From Octopus bimaculoides (Eukaryota), in NCBI RefSeq assembly GCF_001194135.2, contig NC_069002.1, positions 23,609,151-23,648,076 on the forward strand: a stretch of 38,926 nt of DNA. Reading direction: 5' to 3'. The notes beneath the pieces were generated by a model that saw only the letters and a list, made by a program, of their open reading frames with translations, ran no database searches and had not been told where the DNA came from. A program made the translations under genes and the position numbers. This document shows, one piece after another, positions 22,703-34,740 of this stretch. How positions within the stretch are numbered: the first letter of the stretch is position 1; each line of letters starts with the position of its first letter.

Positions 22703-23549
22703 NNNNNNNNNNNNNNNNNNNNNNNNNNNNNNNNNNNNNNNNNNNNNNNNNNNNNNNNNNNNNNNNNNNNNNNNNNNNNNNNNNNNNNNNNNNNNNNNNN
22801 NNNNNNNNNNNNNNNNNNNNNNNNNNNNNNNNNNNNNNNNNNNNNNNNNNNNNNNNNNNNNNNNNNNNNNNNNNNNNNNNNNNNNNNNNNNNNNNNNNNN
22901 NNNNNNNNNNNNNNNNNNNNNNNNNNNNNNNNNNNNNNNNNNNNNNNNNNNNNNNNNNNNNNNNNNNNNNNNNNNNNNNNNNNNNNNNNNNNNNNNNNNN
23001 NNNNNNNNNNNNNNNNNNNNNNNNNNNNNNNNNNNNNNNNNNNNNNNNNNNNNNNNNNNNNNNNNNNNNNNNNNNNNNNNNNNNNNNNNNNNNNNNNNNN
23101 NNNNNNNNNNNNNNNNNNNNNNNNNNNNNNNNNNNNNNNNNNNNNNNNNNNNNNNNNNNNNNNNNNNNNNNNNNNNNNNNNNNNNNNNNNNNNNNNNTAT
23201 ATATATATATATAAGCTCGTCGAAACGCTGGTGTTAAAGCGTGGGTGGCTGATGAAGGAGAATGTTCTCTATGTGGCTCGTGTGTTCTCGTCTACGTTTG
23301 TTTGCAATGTCCTGTACCCAGATATGCACCTATACATACAGGTGGATGTCGGTATGCACATACCTGTACGTATATATGCATATACTCATTTACTATTTGT
23401 TTTTATATATATATATATATATGTGGATATATGCACATAGATATATATATATATAATTGAATTGATGAATGAAATTGCTTTTGTAGAAGGGATTACTTTA
23501 GAGTCAATTGGAATGATTCCCACCATGGGGAAATGTACACAGAAACATT

Positions 23550-23710
23550 ATGATGATGATGATGACTATGTCAATCATGATGTTGTTGTCGATGGTAACT
23601 GTCGATGATGACTGTGATGATGATGATGATGATAGTGATGATGATGATGATAATGATGATGATGATAGTGATGATGATGATAGTGATGATGATGATAGTG
23701 GTGATGATAG
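23550..23710. repeat. (GAT)n-rich trinucleotide tract
   Basis: Direct reading. Confidence 0.9.
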
Positions 23711-24119
23711 CGATAACTATGTCAGTGTTGGTGAGTATGATGAAGCTGATGGGAAAGACAACAAGAAGGTTTTACCATGCTCCAGAAGTAATGAGTCTGT
23801 GTTCAACCTTGATCAATATTTGTTATGCTAATGCTTACAAGAAACTTTGGTAGATCTCCAAGACAAAAGTTTAAAGGTACACACACACACACACACACAT
23901 GCATACACACACACCACACTGTGTGTATATGTGTAAGCATACCTGATCTTGTAATAATTCCTTTTTGGCCTCTTCCGACGTCAAACAATAACTTCACTAG
24001 CAACTTTGTACAAACCTCAACGATAATTCTCTAAAGATGAAATGAAACAGAAGAATGACTTTTGGAGGTGAAAACCCATGACATGCAAAACTGTACTCTC
24101 TCTCTCTGTCTCTCTGTCT

Positions 24120-24154
<35 letters not shown>

Positions 24155-24921
24155 TTCTCTCCCTACGTACATCTATTTATATATTTATAAATTTATATAT
24201 TTATATACATATTTATATATATTTATATATATATTTGTATATCTATCTATCTATCCATACACACACACACACACACGCACACACACACACACACATATAT
24301 ATAATGTGTACATATGGTTTTGTATGTGTGTATGCGAAGATGACATTATCTCTCTCTCTCTCTCTCTCTCTTGTGTTCTTCCAAAGAATTCACATTGGGG
24401 GTGGAAATTCAAGTTTGGTTTTAAAATCACCTTCTTCGTCAGATCTCCAACGCTTGTTTATTTGCTGTGCAGTCCTCCTTTTGTACTAGTGCCGGAACTT
24501 TCTATAGATTAAAAGCTTTCCGCTTCATTCCTAATAAATGACAATAGGTCATGTGACTGGCCTGATGTAAGATCACAGAATTTGGTGGTGCTTGCTTATT
24601 ACATAGCTTGATTAACTCGATGAAAAGCTGTGGATGTATATATGTATGTATGTGTGTGTGTGTGTGTGCCTTGTGTGTGTGTATGTGTGTTATTTTGTTG
24701 TGTGTATGTATTGTGCTGTGCAGTGATCTTTCAGTTTTGGTTTGAAATAAAGGAAGAGAGAGAAAGGGAGAGAGAAAGAGAAGGAGAAAGCAAAGATGAA
24801 GAATAAAGAGATAAAACTTTCCCTGTTGACAGTGTCGGAAGGCAACATTACATTGCCATATTATTATTATTATTATGATGATGATGATGATCATTATTAT
24901 TAATATTAAATATTTCAATAG

Positions 24922-25065
24922 GTTTTAGAACAAGGTTCAAGCCTTTGTATTGGTGTAGGCCATAATAACAGAAAGAAACATTCAAATCAAGGTCTTGATG
25001 TTGACCAGTTCTATGAACACTGCCATAGAATTTGTAGACTTAGCATTATGGAATCGGTTTCTTTG
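24922..25065 (+). CDS. Candidate 144-nt phase 0->0 exon VLEQGSSLCIGVGHNNRKKHSNQGLDVDQFYEHCHRICRLSIMESVSL (alternative continuation of the + gene, or another gene)
   Basis: tttcaaTAG|G acceptor, TTG|GTAATA donor, 48 open codons while the other two frames have early stops. Confidence 0.35.
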
Positions 25066-25139
25066 GTAATATGGTTACTGTTTGCATTGTTATTATTAAT
25101 CCTGTTAGTATTAATTAGTTTTACTATTGGTTTGAAATT

Positions 25140-25345
25140 TCGGCACAAGGCCAGCAGTTTTTGGGGGACGGGGTAAGTTGATTACATCGAACCCTGTATT
25201 CAACTGCTACCTATTTCATTAGCAACCGAATGGGATGAAAGGCAAAGTCGACCCCAGTGGAATTTGAACTCAGAACTTACTGATGGATGAAAAGCTTTTA
25301 AGCATTTTGCCCAGCATGCTAACGATTCTGCCATCTCGCCACCTT
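25140..25345 (-). mobile_element. tRNA-SINE family A, reverse
   Basis: Reverse complement of ggtggcgagatggcagaatcgttagc... Confidence 0.85.
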
Positions 25346-25430
25346 ACAATTATTGTTGATATTATCATTAATATTGCTTGCATTAATTAGAATTAATATT
25401 GTTCTTAACATCCTTATTAATTAATATTAA

Positions 25431-25653
25431 CCCGTTAAGTCCCAGAGTACTTAAATTTCTGAATATTACTTTTAAATTTTTACAGATGATTGAAAATAGG
25501 TTAAAATGAAAAAAATTATTATTAAAACTCCTTTACTTCAAGTAGAAATGGAATTACTCGGTGTCCTATAAATAGGACACTGAGACAATGTGATATAGCT
25601 TATTTAATGTTCTCATTTCGTGTCCTATTTATAGGACAGTGGGACTTAATGGG
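25431..25653. mobile_element. piggyBac-type MITE
   Basis: TTAA|cccgttaagtccca ... tgggacttaatggg|TTAG; inverted internal palindromes gtgtcctat-aa-ataggacac. Confidence 0.8.
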
Positions 25654-25679
25654 TTAGTATTGTTATTATAAATAATCCT

Positions 25680-25840
25680 TTCTACTGTAGGCACAAGGTC
25701 TGAAAATTTGGGAGAGGGGACCAGTCGATTACATCGACCTCAGTGCATTACTGGTTTTTATTTCATCAACCCTGAAAGGATGAAAGGCAGAGTCGACCTT
25801 AGCAGAATTTAAACTCAGAATGTAAGGACAGATGAAATGT
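25680..25840 (-). mobile_element. tRNA-SINE family A, reverse, partial
   Basis: ggcacaaggtctgaaaatttggg...gaaaggcagagtcgacctt. Confidence 0.8.
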
Positions 25841-25929
25841 CACCTTCATTATATTGTTATTAACAATCTTAGTGTTAATTAATATCAGCATATTAATACT
25901 TTTAGTATTATTTAGTATCAATATTGTTA

Positions 25930-26102
25930 TTAGGCAGAGATATTGTTTTCAGTCATGTTTGTTTGTTTGTCCATGACCAAGATATCTCAAGAATCGCTGG
26001 ATAGATTCAGATGAAACTTTCAGGAATGTTTAGCCTCGTGACTGGCATAAACTGATTAGATTTTAGGATCAATCTAGTACTAGACAAGGATTCTGGATTA
26101 CT
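25930..26102 (+). mobile_element. Helentron-associated (HINE-like) element, 5' part
   Basis: ggcagagatattgttttc-(gttt)n-gatatctc...gatgaaacttt layout. Confidence 0.45.
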
Positions 26103-27544
26103 TGTTATATTTACTTTACTTTACATGATTACGATCTTATGTTGACTTTTAAGTCTTCCTCAATTATATCCCTTTAGGTTGTTTGCAAAGTTTTATTTTC
26201 ATTCCTCCATTATTAATTTTACTCACATCTCTATCTTAGTAGAAACTGATAGATAAAGAAATCAAACTACACAAACAAACAGCAGTAAAATCATTCAGAA
26301 ATTAAACAACACATATTTTTATAATAGATATACTAAAAGTTTTTTTTCAGAAGGAGATAAAAAAACCAAGGCTGTGAAGATTTTAGAACATTTATAAATA
26401 GAAGGTCTTACAGCTGTTTCCAGGCTATTCATTATATCCCTTCATTGGAAACTGTGAGAAAATGGTTAAGCAATAATTAATTTAGATAATATACGAAATA
26501 GAGAGTGAAGTGGAGGAATGAAAATTGTTGTGAGATATGCAGAGATATTGCATTTGTAGATCCATTATTTAGGCAGAATGGTATACATATAAGATTCCAA
26601 TACCTTGTGAATAAAATCCAATAGTATTTAAAATTGGTCATTCCAAGTATAGAGTTTGTACACACTGCTATTGAATCAAGGGTTTTATTTAAAGTGACCT
26701 AAAAGTAGGGAATGTATTTGTTAGGTCAAATCGAAAAAAGGAAGAGAGGAATAAAGAAAAGAGAAAAAAGAGAGAAGAAAAAAGAAGAAAAAAAAACAGG
26801 AAGAGAGGAACAAAGAAAAGAAAGAAAAAAGAAAAACAAGGGGAGAGATAAGGGAAAGTGTACCAGTTAGTGGTCAGTCAAGATAATTTTAAAGTAGGAA
26901 TGGGGAGATGAGGGTGATAGAGAGAGAAAAGTATTAGAGTGTAAAAAGATAGAAGGAACAGGGGTGATAGAGAGAGAGAGAAGGGGGTATAATAATGTAA
27001 ATGGTAAAGGAGTGTCAGTTATGCAGCGATAGAGTCTAAGTGATGGGGCAAAGAGAGGGGTAGTAGTATGGTGGAATGAAGAATTTAGGAATATAGATTA
27101 GGTGGTTGGACTGGTCAGTGTTTAGTAGTAGAAGAAAATATATATGTGAAGATGTATACATATGTATATATTAGACATGTATATATATATATTTATACAG
27201 ATGTTTATACATATCAATATCTACATATACAACTCGTACTCATATATATATTATATATTATACATACATATTAACACTTTACAGTATACTCACATGTATA
27301 CATACATCTATACACCGATCTAAAATAACAAGAATACTAAAGGAAGGTCAAAATTTAAGAGAAGAGAAAACCAAAGGTTTCATGCTATTCATTTAAAAAT
27401 ACCTGAGTAGACATTATTATTATTACCTCTGCCTTTGAAACTATTTGGAATGATGAACTTGTTAACTTTAGCTTGTATTAGATAAGGATAAACTATTTAT
27501 TACTGTTACTAAATTTTCTACAGCCACTTTCACATTCCATCACG

Positions 27545-27760
27545 ATCAGGTACTGGACAAAGATTCTGGATTATTTTTCCTGTTTTTTTTTTTAACTTAA
27601 ATTTTGAGAGCGGTTGGGTTCATTTTTAGTATTCTCGTTTGTGAGAGCAGTCAAGTTTATTTCAGATATTCCCATTTTAAAAACCATCTCTGGCTAATCA
27701 TTGAGAGGACGTTGGTGTTGCCTTGGCAGAGGTTTGTGCTCTCTGAGTGCTCTTGTTGTT
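27545..27760 (+). mobile_element. HINE-like element, 3' part
   Basis: ccttggcagagg IR plus terminal hairpin-like gtgctctctgagtgc followed by a T-rich flank. Confidence 0.5.
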
Positions 27761-28299
27761 AATAGTTAATAGTATTAGCATTAACGTGTATCAGTATTAT
27801 TATTGTTAATATTATTTTTATTAATATGTTCAGTATTATTATCATTAATATTGCTCGTATAAATTTTATGTGTCAGTGTAGTCAGTATTATCATTATTGT
27901 TAATATTATTGCTGTTAGTATTAAGACTGTGAACTGGCAGAATTGTTAGTGCAGCATATTTCTGGCTCTGTATATTCTGAGTTCAGATTCCAGTGAGGCA
28001 ACAGAGTAAGTATCTGTTGAGCAGAGTGGTTGATGGTATTGACTGACCCACTCCTCTTAAAATTGCTGGCTTTGTCCCAAATTTTAAAACCATTTTTGTT
28101 GTTAATATAAATATCATCATTATCATCACCATCATCACCACCATCATCAGGATATCCCTGTTGGAGGAGAAGAAAAGAGAGAAAGATAATGATGGAGAGA
28201 GTAGGGGAGATGGTGGTGGATATGTGTCAGGACATACCCTCAAGCCACAGTGACGGGGGTGGTGGGGAGCATGAATGTTGTTAATATTAATATTATTAG

Positions 28300-28520
28300 T
28301 AAAGTGGTGAAATGGTAGAACCGTTCGTATACCAGGCAAGATGCTTAGTGGTATTTCATCCATCTTCACATTCTGAGTGCAAATACTGCCGAGGTTGACT
28401 TTGCTGTTTATTCCTTCAGGGTCAATAAAATAAATACCAGTTAAACATGGGGGTTGATTTAATCGACTTGACCCCTCTCCCCTAAAACTGCTAGCCTTGT
28501 AATGAAATCTGAAGCCAATA
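28300..28520 (+). mobile_element. tRNA-SINE family A (second family-A remnant at ~27930-28090)
   Basis: tggcagaa/gttagc head remnants; gactttgc...cagggtcaataaaataaataccag core. Confidence 0.7.
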
Positions 28521-28559
28521 TCAATAGTAACACTAATATTATTGAACCAAATTCGATAA

Positions 28560-29010
28560 CTGGCACCCATGCCAGTGGAACGCTAACAGCACCGTCCAAG
28601 TGTATCAGAGCAGCCGTCTGGCCTCTGTGCTGGTGGCACATAAAAAGCACCATTTGAGTGTGATCGTTATCAGCATTGCCTTACTGGCACTTGTGCCGGT
28701 GGAACATGGACAAAACATTTGAGAGAAGTCGTTTCCAGTGCTGCTGGACTGACTCCTGTGAAGGTGGCATGTAAAAAACACCATTTGAGCATGGCCATTG
28801 TCAGTACCACCAGACTGGCCCCCATGCCGGTGGCATGTAAAAGCACCCCCTGCACTCTTGGAGTGGTTGGCGTTAGGAAGGGCATCCAGCTGTAGAAACT
28901 CTGCCAGATCAGATTGAAGCCTAGTGCAGCCAGCTGGTTCACCAATCCTCAGTCAAATCGTCCAACCCATGCTAGCATGGAAAGTAGATGTTAAACGATG
29001 ATGATGATGA
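28560..29010 (+). mobile_element. (GAT)n-tailed RTE-3'-type retroposon with internal tandem sub-repeats
   Basis: ...agtcaaatcgtccaacccatgctagcatggaaagtagatgttaaacgatgatgatg. Confidence 0.85.
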
Positions 29011-29129
29011 ATTAGAAGAGTGCAATAAATAATCTGACAGAAACGAATTTTGTTTATTGAGCAAGACAATATTTCAACAGTCAGCCTCTTTCCCTCAGAT
29101 TCAAAATAAGGAAGAAGAATGAAAAATGA

Positions 29130-29740
29130 TAACTGCGTTGATATACAAGGATTCACAATTTCAACTGGAATATCCTGCATTCCTTCCTAGATAAAAAAGA
29201 AAGTTTTGTGTGTTTGTAACAGGTTAAAACAGAAGAAAACAAGAAAAAGATTTGTAATAAAAAAAGTTTTGTAATAATCTAATGGAACTCTCCTGTTATT
29301 CGATCATCCCTCCAGGGTATGACACTTGCATATCATAAATATATTAATCCTTGTGTTCTGAGGATGGAAAGTTCAGTGCAATTGGACTATTTTCTAAGAA
29401 ATAATTCTGTCAGGTGTTCCTCAAATATTCTAAAATGTTCAGCAAGTTCCATCTTGTAGCTTTATTATGCATGACACAACTCATATGTCCATTAAATCTT
29501 CTGTTTAATTAGTCTGTTGTATAGCCAACATAAATCAAGTTGCATTTGGTGCATTCTGCTGCTTGTACCAAACTGGAATCATTATAAGTCTCACCTAAAT
29601 GAATCATATTTCTTTCAGAATTTGAGGGATTGAACTGACTCATGGGTCCTGCACTATGAATAGGGTTTTCTTCTAAAGTGAATAGTTTTAGAAACACAAT
29701 TTTGAAAAGCTCCAGTGGGGTTTTGATTATGACCAGAGGT
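29130..29740 (-). mobile_element. Penelope-like element remnant: GIY-YIG endonuclease plus 3' end
   Basis: Minus-strand LVQAAECTKCNLIYVGYTTD*LNRRFNGH is a GIY-YIG/Uri-type motif. Confidence 0.75.
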
Positions 29741-29989
29741 ACTAGTTAACACTTGACTTATATATTTATTGTTTAAAGGCAACAGGTTGATGAGAACAGG
29801 AAAAAATAGGCCAGGTTCTGTAGCATGTATATTGCAAATACAGAAATAAATTTACACGCATGATAAACCTCTCGGCCTTTCATTTACAGGTGTCATTGCA
29901 TTATTTTGACCTCTTATAACAGCTGAACAAAGAAGGTACACAAGTTGACTGTTTGCTTTGTCATCCTCACCACATTAGTTGATTGTGAG

Positions 29990-30540
29990 ATTGCACTGAT
30001 TGAACACCTCCAGCCTTTTCTGCAAGAATATGTACTCAATAGTGGAAAGAGTAGAAATTGTAGAAGTATATATGAGAATGGGTTCTGTTAAGCAAAACTC
30101 ATGAAATTTTTGAAGTCAAGTTTCCAGGTAAAAGCTTACTAGCAAAGAGAATGACACAAATGCTGGTTAAGAAATGGCATGCCACAGGGTCAGTGCATAA
30201 CATCCCAAAACAGAGAAACCCTACAGTTCAAACACCAAGAGTTATTTAGGGCATTCACCAAAGAATTACTCAAAGTCCAAAGCAGTCAACATATAACTTG
30301 ATGCAACAGTCTCACATAAGCAGGAGGTTATGCCAAAGCGAGTTGAAAAGTCTATAGTTGAAGCCATAGCATTTCACATGTGTACAACAATTAAAAGCCT
30401 ACTTTTTTGGTTGAAATAACACAATGACTCTTGAAAACAAAAGTCTGGGTACTTTTTCATGTGTGCAAATTTATTTCTGTATTTACAATCTGCTACGAAA
30501 CCTGAGCTACATTTCCTTGCATTCTTTGAAACACTATATT
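29990..30540 (+). mobile_element. Internally deleted Tc1/mariner-superfamily element (DUF4817-type N-terminal HTH)
   Basis: VERVEIVEVYMRMGSVK...FEVKFPGK...MLVKKWHATGSV resembles the Tc3/DD37D-like N-terminus. Confidence 0.65.
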
Positions 30541-30754
30541 CCGAAGTATGCTGATGATTGTCATGCAACACTTTTGAAATGCCATCAAAATTCAGTGCCA
30601 GTTAATCACTAAAGATACTCAATTGGAATTTTTTTCTTTTTGCTTTGCAATTAGGCATGAAAGTTTGACATTCATAGTTAATTTTAGCCGTGCGATTTGT
30701 GATTTCCTGCAGTCATGATTCTCTATGACGGCATTTAATATAATTACATAATTA

Positions 30755-30935
30755 CAATATGACAGGAGAGTTCCATCAGATTTATTCAAAACTTTTTGAC
30801 TCAGATTTTTCTTTCTATTTTCTTTTTCTTTTTTTTCTTCTTGTTTTAACCAGAAACTTGATGACATCTTCTTTGTATGAGAAGGAACACAGGATAGTCC
30901 AGTCAAATGTTTGAATTTCAGTATTTCTGTGTATT
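30755..30935 (+). mobile_element. Second Penelope-like 3' end, inverted relative to 29130-29300
   Basis: acaggagagttccat.agatt..caaaacttttt and gaaggaa..caggata.tccagt match the reverse complement of 29130-29300. Confidence 0.65.
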
Positions 30936-30959
30936 TTTCATTTTCCTTGATTCTTGTCA

Positions 30960-31000
30960 TTATTATTGTTAGTATTATTACTGTTAATATCACCATCGTT

Positions 31001-31045
<45 letters not shown>

Positions 31046-31075
31046 GTTATTATTATTATTATTATTATCATTTTC
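30960..31075. repeat. (ATT)n trinucleotide tract
   Basis: Direct reading. Confidence 0.95.
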
Positions 31076-31809
31076 AGTATTGCTCATATTAATGTTATTA
31101 ATGTTGTTAATATTGTTTTAAAAAGTTGTTAACATTAATATTGTTTGTGTCCCTCTCATTAGCATCACTCCTTCCAGAATTAATATTGTTAGTATCATAC
31201 TAACGATATGATTATTATTATGACTATTATCATCAGTATTAGTATCTTTAATATTACTCTTGCTGTGAATCGTTTTCATCCTCATCATCATCATCATCAT
31301 CATCATTACCATTAATAGCGTTTGATTGAGATTTGAGTGCCTTCTTCCAAGGGATAGACGAGTGAGTAATTAAAGGAAAGGAGTTTAATGAACATATAAA
31401 AGGCACCCTGTCAACCTCTGATACATTAATCTATTTGCTGTTATTCACTATTTTATATTCAAGTTAATGTTTTAAATCTTGATCATTAGAGTCGCAACAG
31501 TTTTAGCATTTTCTTCACAGATCTTCTTCCGGTGCCAAGAATATTTGATAACATCCTTAAAAATTCCAATCTAATCCTTTATTAACTCCACAGGAATATA
31601 GAGTGGCTGATTGGTGGAGCCACCAGATTATCTGATGAAATGGCCATGTGGTGTTTAGTTAGAGCTCTGTAGCCTCTGAGTTCAAATACTACCGAGGTCA
31701 ACTTGGCAGTATTTCTTTCTGGTAAATAATTCAAGTACTAGACATGTACTGGGGGTCAATGTAATCCCTCAGTATCATCATCATCATCATCATCACCATC
31801 ATCGTCATT

Positions 31810-31852
<43 letters not shown>

Positions 31853-31959
31853 CTGTTTAACATTCATTTTTCTTGCTGGCATGGGTTGGACATTAATATC
31901 TTGACCTCAAATTTCAGGTCCTGCGCTTGTGTTAGAAATAATTTTATTGCTTTTGTTGT

Positions 31960-32897
31960 TGTTATTGTATGATGAACCTGTGGACCTGGGACAAGCAAAG
32001 TCCAAGATTGGGCACCAGGCACCAGCAATACTGTTTGATGGCCACAGTTCTCTTAGAGTCAGGTAATGGAACCAGTGGCACATAAGCCTTCACGTTCTGT
32101 TGAAGATTACCAATGGGTAAAGGAGACAACATCCGTCGGAGTAATCAAGGAATTGGTGAAGATCACCTGAACAACTTCTTCTAATGGACACTCATTCTAC
32201 TTGAGATTATGGATAACTCTCAGAAATCCTTGGTCTGACTCTGCTATCAGGAGATATTCGAAATAATATCTACAGTTGTACTTAAACCTATTCAGTCTTG
32301 ATGCATCAGAAACTTGGTGGAAGTTTATTGAACTCCAGTGTTTCGTTTAGCTGGAGTCCTCAGCAGTTCTAGTTTGATGCAGTGAAGAATAAAATTAATG
32401 ATAAATATGAAATCACTGGCATTTGTAGCCATTAAAAGAAGTTTCTTCCAAAGTGACTATTTGTCGCCCCAAAATGGGGTGCCATGTCGTAGGCTTTATT
32501 TCAAGTCAACCCACACCATCCAAATACACCTGTAGTCTGTCATCAGCTCTATATTACCATTTTGTCAATGATCAAATGGTCTTCAGTATCTTTGAAACCA
32601 TTCTGTTCTACAAGAAGTGATTTGTTCTACATCAATTAGTTATCTGTTATGTTTTACTTGTTTCAGTAATTAAACTGTGGCCATGCTGGGGCACCACCTT
32701 GGAGAGTTTTTAGTCGAATGCACCCCAGTACATTTTTAAGCCTTGTACTTAATCTGTCTCTTTTAGCAAACCACTAAGTTACCGGAACATAAACTAATTA
32801 ATGCTGGTTGTCAAACAGTNNNNNNNNNNNNNNNNNNNNNNNNNNNNNNNNNNNNNNNNNNNNNNNNNNNNNNNNNNNNNNNNNNNNNNNNNNNNNN

Positions 32898-32936
<39 letters not shown>

Positions 32937-33400
32937 ATGACTTCTTTCAGTTTCCATCTACCAAATCCACTGGCAAGGCTTTGGTCAGCCCAAGGCAATA
33001 GTAGAAGACACTTGCCCAAGGTGTCACACAGTGGAACTGAAACCAGTACCATGTGGTTGGGAAGTAAACTTCTTACCACAGTCACATGTGTTTTCCCAGT
33101 AACTTTTGTAAGAGATTGAAGTGATTGGTTGATCATTTCCTCCTGCTGTTTGCTTTATTGAATCATTCATCATCAAAGTCATTTGTCTCTCGACTATCCA
33201 GTCTGATACACTTCCTTGTCTGACCCATGCATTCCAAGGATTACCTAATTGATCATGTAAGGATTCCATCTTCACCAACTGCAGGTGTTTGTCCCTCATT
33301 ACAGATATTGGTCCTTGTTTCTCTGTTTAGTTCCATTCTAACTATTTTGATCCATTCTCAGTTTCCATTATATGTAAACAATGTTCACAAGATGTTTGTC
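31960..33400 (-). mobile_element. RLE-type (R4/Dong/NeSL-like) LINE, RT N-terminal half, split by SINE C
   Basis: SLHDQL...SVSDW...GNDQPIT (~NYRPIT), KDTEDHLIIDKMVI, NKAYDMAPH, IRRSCSGDL (~GIFQGDSL). Confidence 0.75.
32650..33090 (-). mobile_element. tRNA-SINE family C, reverse, spanning an N gap
   Basis: gacacttgcccaaggtgtcacacagtggaactgaa (reverse core); 3' portion at 32650-32820. Confidence 0.8.
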
Positions 33401-33494
33401 AGAGGCCACTTAGCTTAATGGTATAGAGTGTTCAGCCATTATCTGAGAAGGACAGGGTTCGATTCCCTGTAGCTGCCTACTGGCAACTTTCTAA

Positions 33495-33940
33495 AAAGGT
33501 GGCGAACTGTCAGATGCATTAGCACTCCTAGCAAAATTCTTAGCGACATTGCATCTGTCCTTACGTTCTGAGTTCAAATTCTGCCAAGGTCATCTTTGCA
33601 TTTCATCCTTTCAGGGTCAATAAAATAAGAACCCGTTGTGTACTGGGGTCGATGTAATCAACTTACCACCTCCCCTAAAATTGCTGACCATGTGCCAAAA
33701 TTTCAAGTTATTATTGATATTAAGATGGTGTGCTGTCAGAACTTTTAGCATGCCAGACAAAATGCTTAACAACATTTTGTCCATCATTGCAGTTGGTGTT
33801 CAAATTCTGCTAAGGTTGACTTTGCATTTCCTCCTTTCAGGGTCGATAAAATAAGTACCAGTTGTGCAGCAGGGTCGGTGTAATCGACTTACCCCTTCCC
33901 CTAAAATTATGGCCTAGTGCCAAAATTTGTAACCAGTATT
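33495..33940 (+). mobile_element. Two tandem tRNA-SINE family A copies
   Basis: Two successive heads (33498, ~33730) and cores ending ccaaaattt. Confidence 0.8.
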
Positions 33941-33959
33941 CACAAGACATGTGTCATGT

Positions 33960-34740
33960 TATTAACTGATAATGTTGTATATATGACACAGATTGTGTCT
34001 AACATGGACGTATTTCAGATTTTGTATAGAATTCTGAGCCTTGGCAAGTTCTTCATATATTTCTTTGTATTACTTTTCTAACATACGCATTGCTTCTGTT
34101 ATTATTGGTATTTTACTAACATCCATTGCCCATAATCTACTTGTTTCAGTTTCATAATCTTTATACTTTGATAGTTTTTTCCAACTTCTTTTTCGTGCAA
34201 TGTTCTTGTCAGAAGGAAGTGAAATGTCTAACAAATCATACTAATTAATGATTCTACCAGCTTGCTCCTTTTCTTTAGTAACTGATAAGAGCTTCAAATT
34301 TTGGCTCAAGGCCAGCAGTTTTTGAGGAGGAGTAAGTCGATTACATTGGCCCCAGTACACAACTGGTACTTATTTTCTCGATCCTGAAAAGATAGAATTT
34401 GAACTAAAAACATAATGACAGATGAAATGCCAAAAAGCATTTTACCTGTCATGCTAATGATCTGCCAGCTCACCACCTTTAATTAGTAATTAATAATGAT
34501 ATCTAATAAGATGGTAAGCTGGCAGAATCGTTAGCACGCCAAACTTCTTGTGAATCTGGCCAGATATATCCTCAGATGATGGTGGCCATCTCTCTCTATA
34601 ATATACTGGGTTTCGTTCCTTCGACCACTTTTCCTGATTTCCCATCAAAATTTTAAACTATCTCTTGGTGGACATAGCTGCCAACCTAGTCATGTGTGTG
34701 GATATATTCCAAAATTATTTAAGTGTCATGTATTAGTCTA
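33960..34740 (-). mobile_element. RLE-type LINE C-terminal fragment (post-RT region plus restriction-like endonuclease), interrupted by SINE A (34290-34480, minus)
   Basis: YIHTHD.VGSYVH and LLDISLPSDKNIARK...LSKYKD...RLW...IPII motifs. Confidence 0.75.

Noticed and set aside
23943-24030. Frame ELSLRFVQSC**SYCLTSEEAKKELLQDQ rescued by A-to-I editing of TAG/TGA
   Set aside because: It needs two adjacent recoding events with no supporting evidence; another frame is open anyway.
27428-27474. Minus-strand micro-exon LKLTSSSFQIVSKAE
   Set aside because: The donor comes from the HINE-like terminus ttattacctctgcc and the acceptor is weak.
28953-29190. Strong minus-strand acceptor plus ORF EGMQDIPVEIV...
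   Set aside because: It lies in the Penelope-like 3' end, which is homologous to 30850-30935, so it is repeat-derived.
30619-31071. 150-aa minus ORF and plus-strand acceptor at 30852
   Set aside because: It starts in (ATT)n and overlaps the inverted PLE 3' end.
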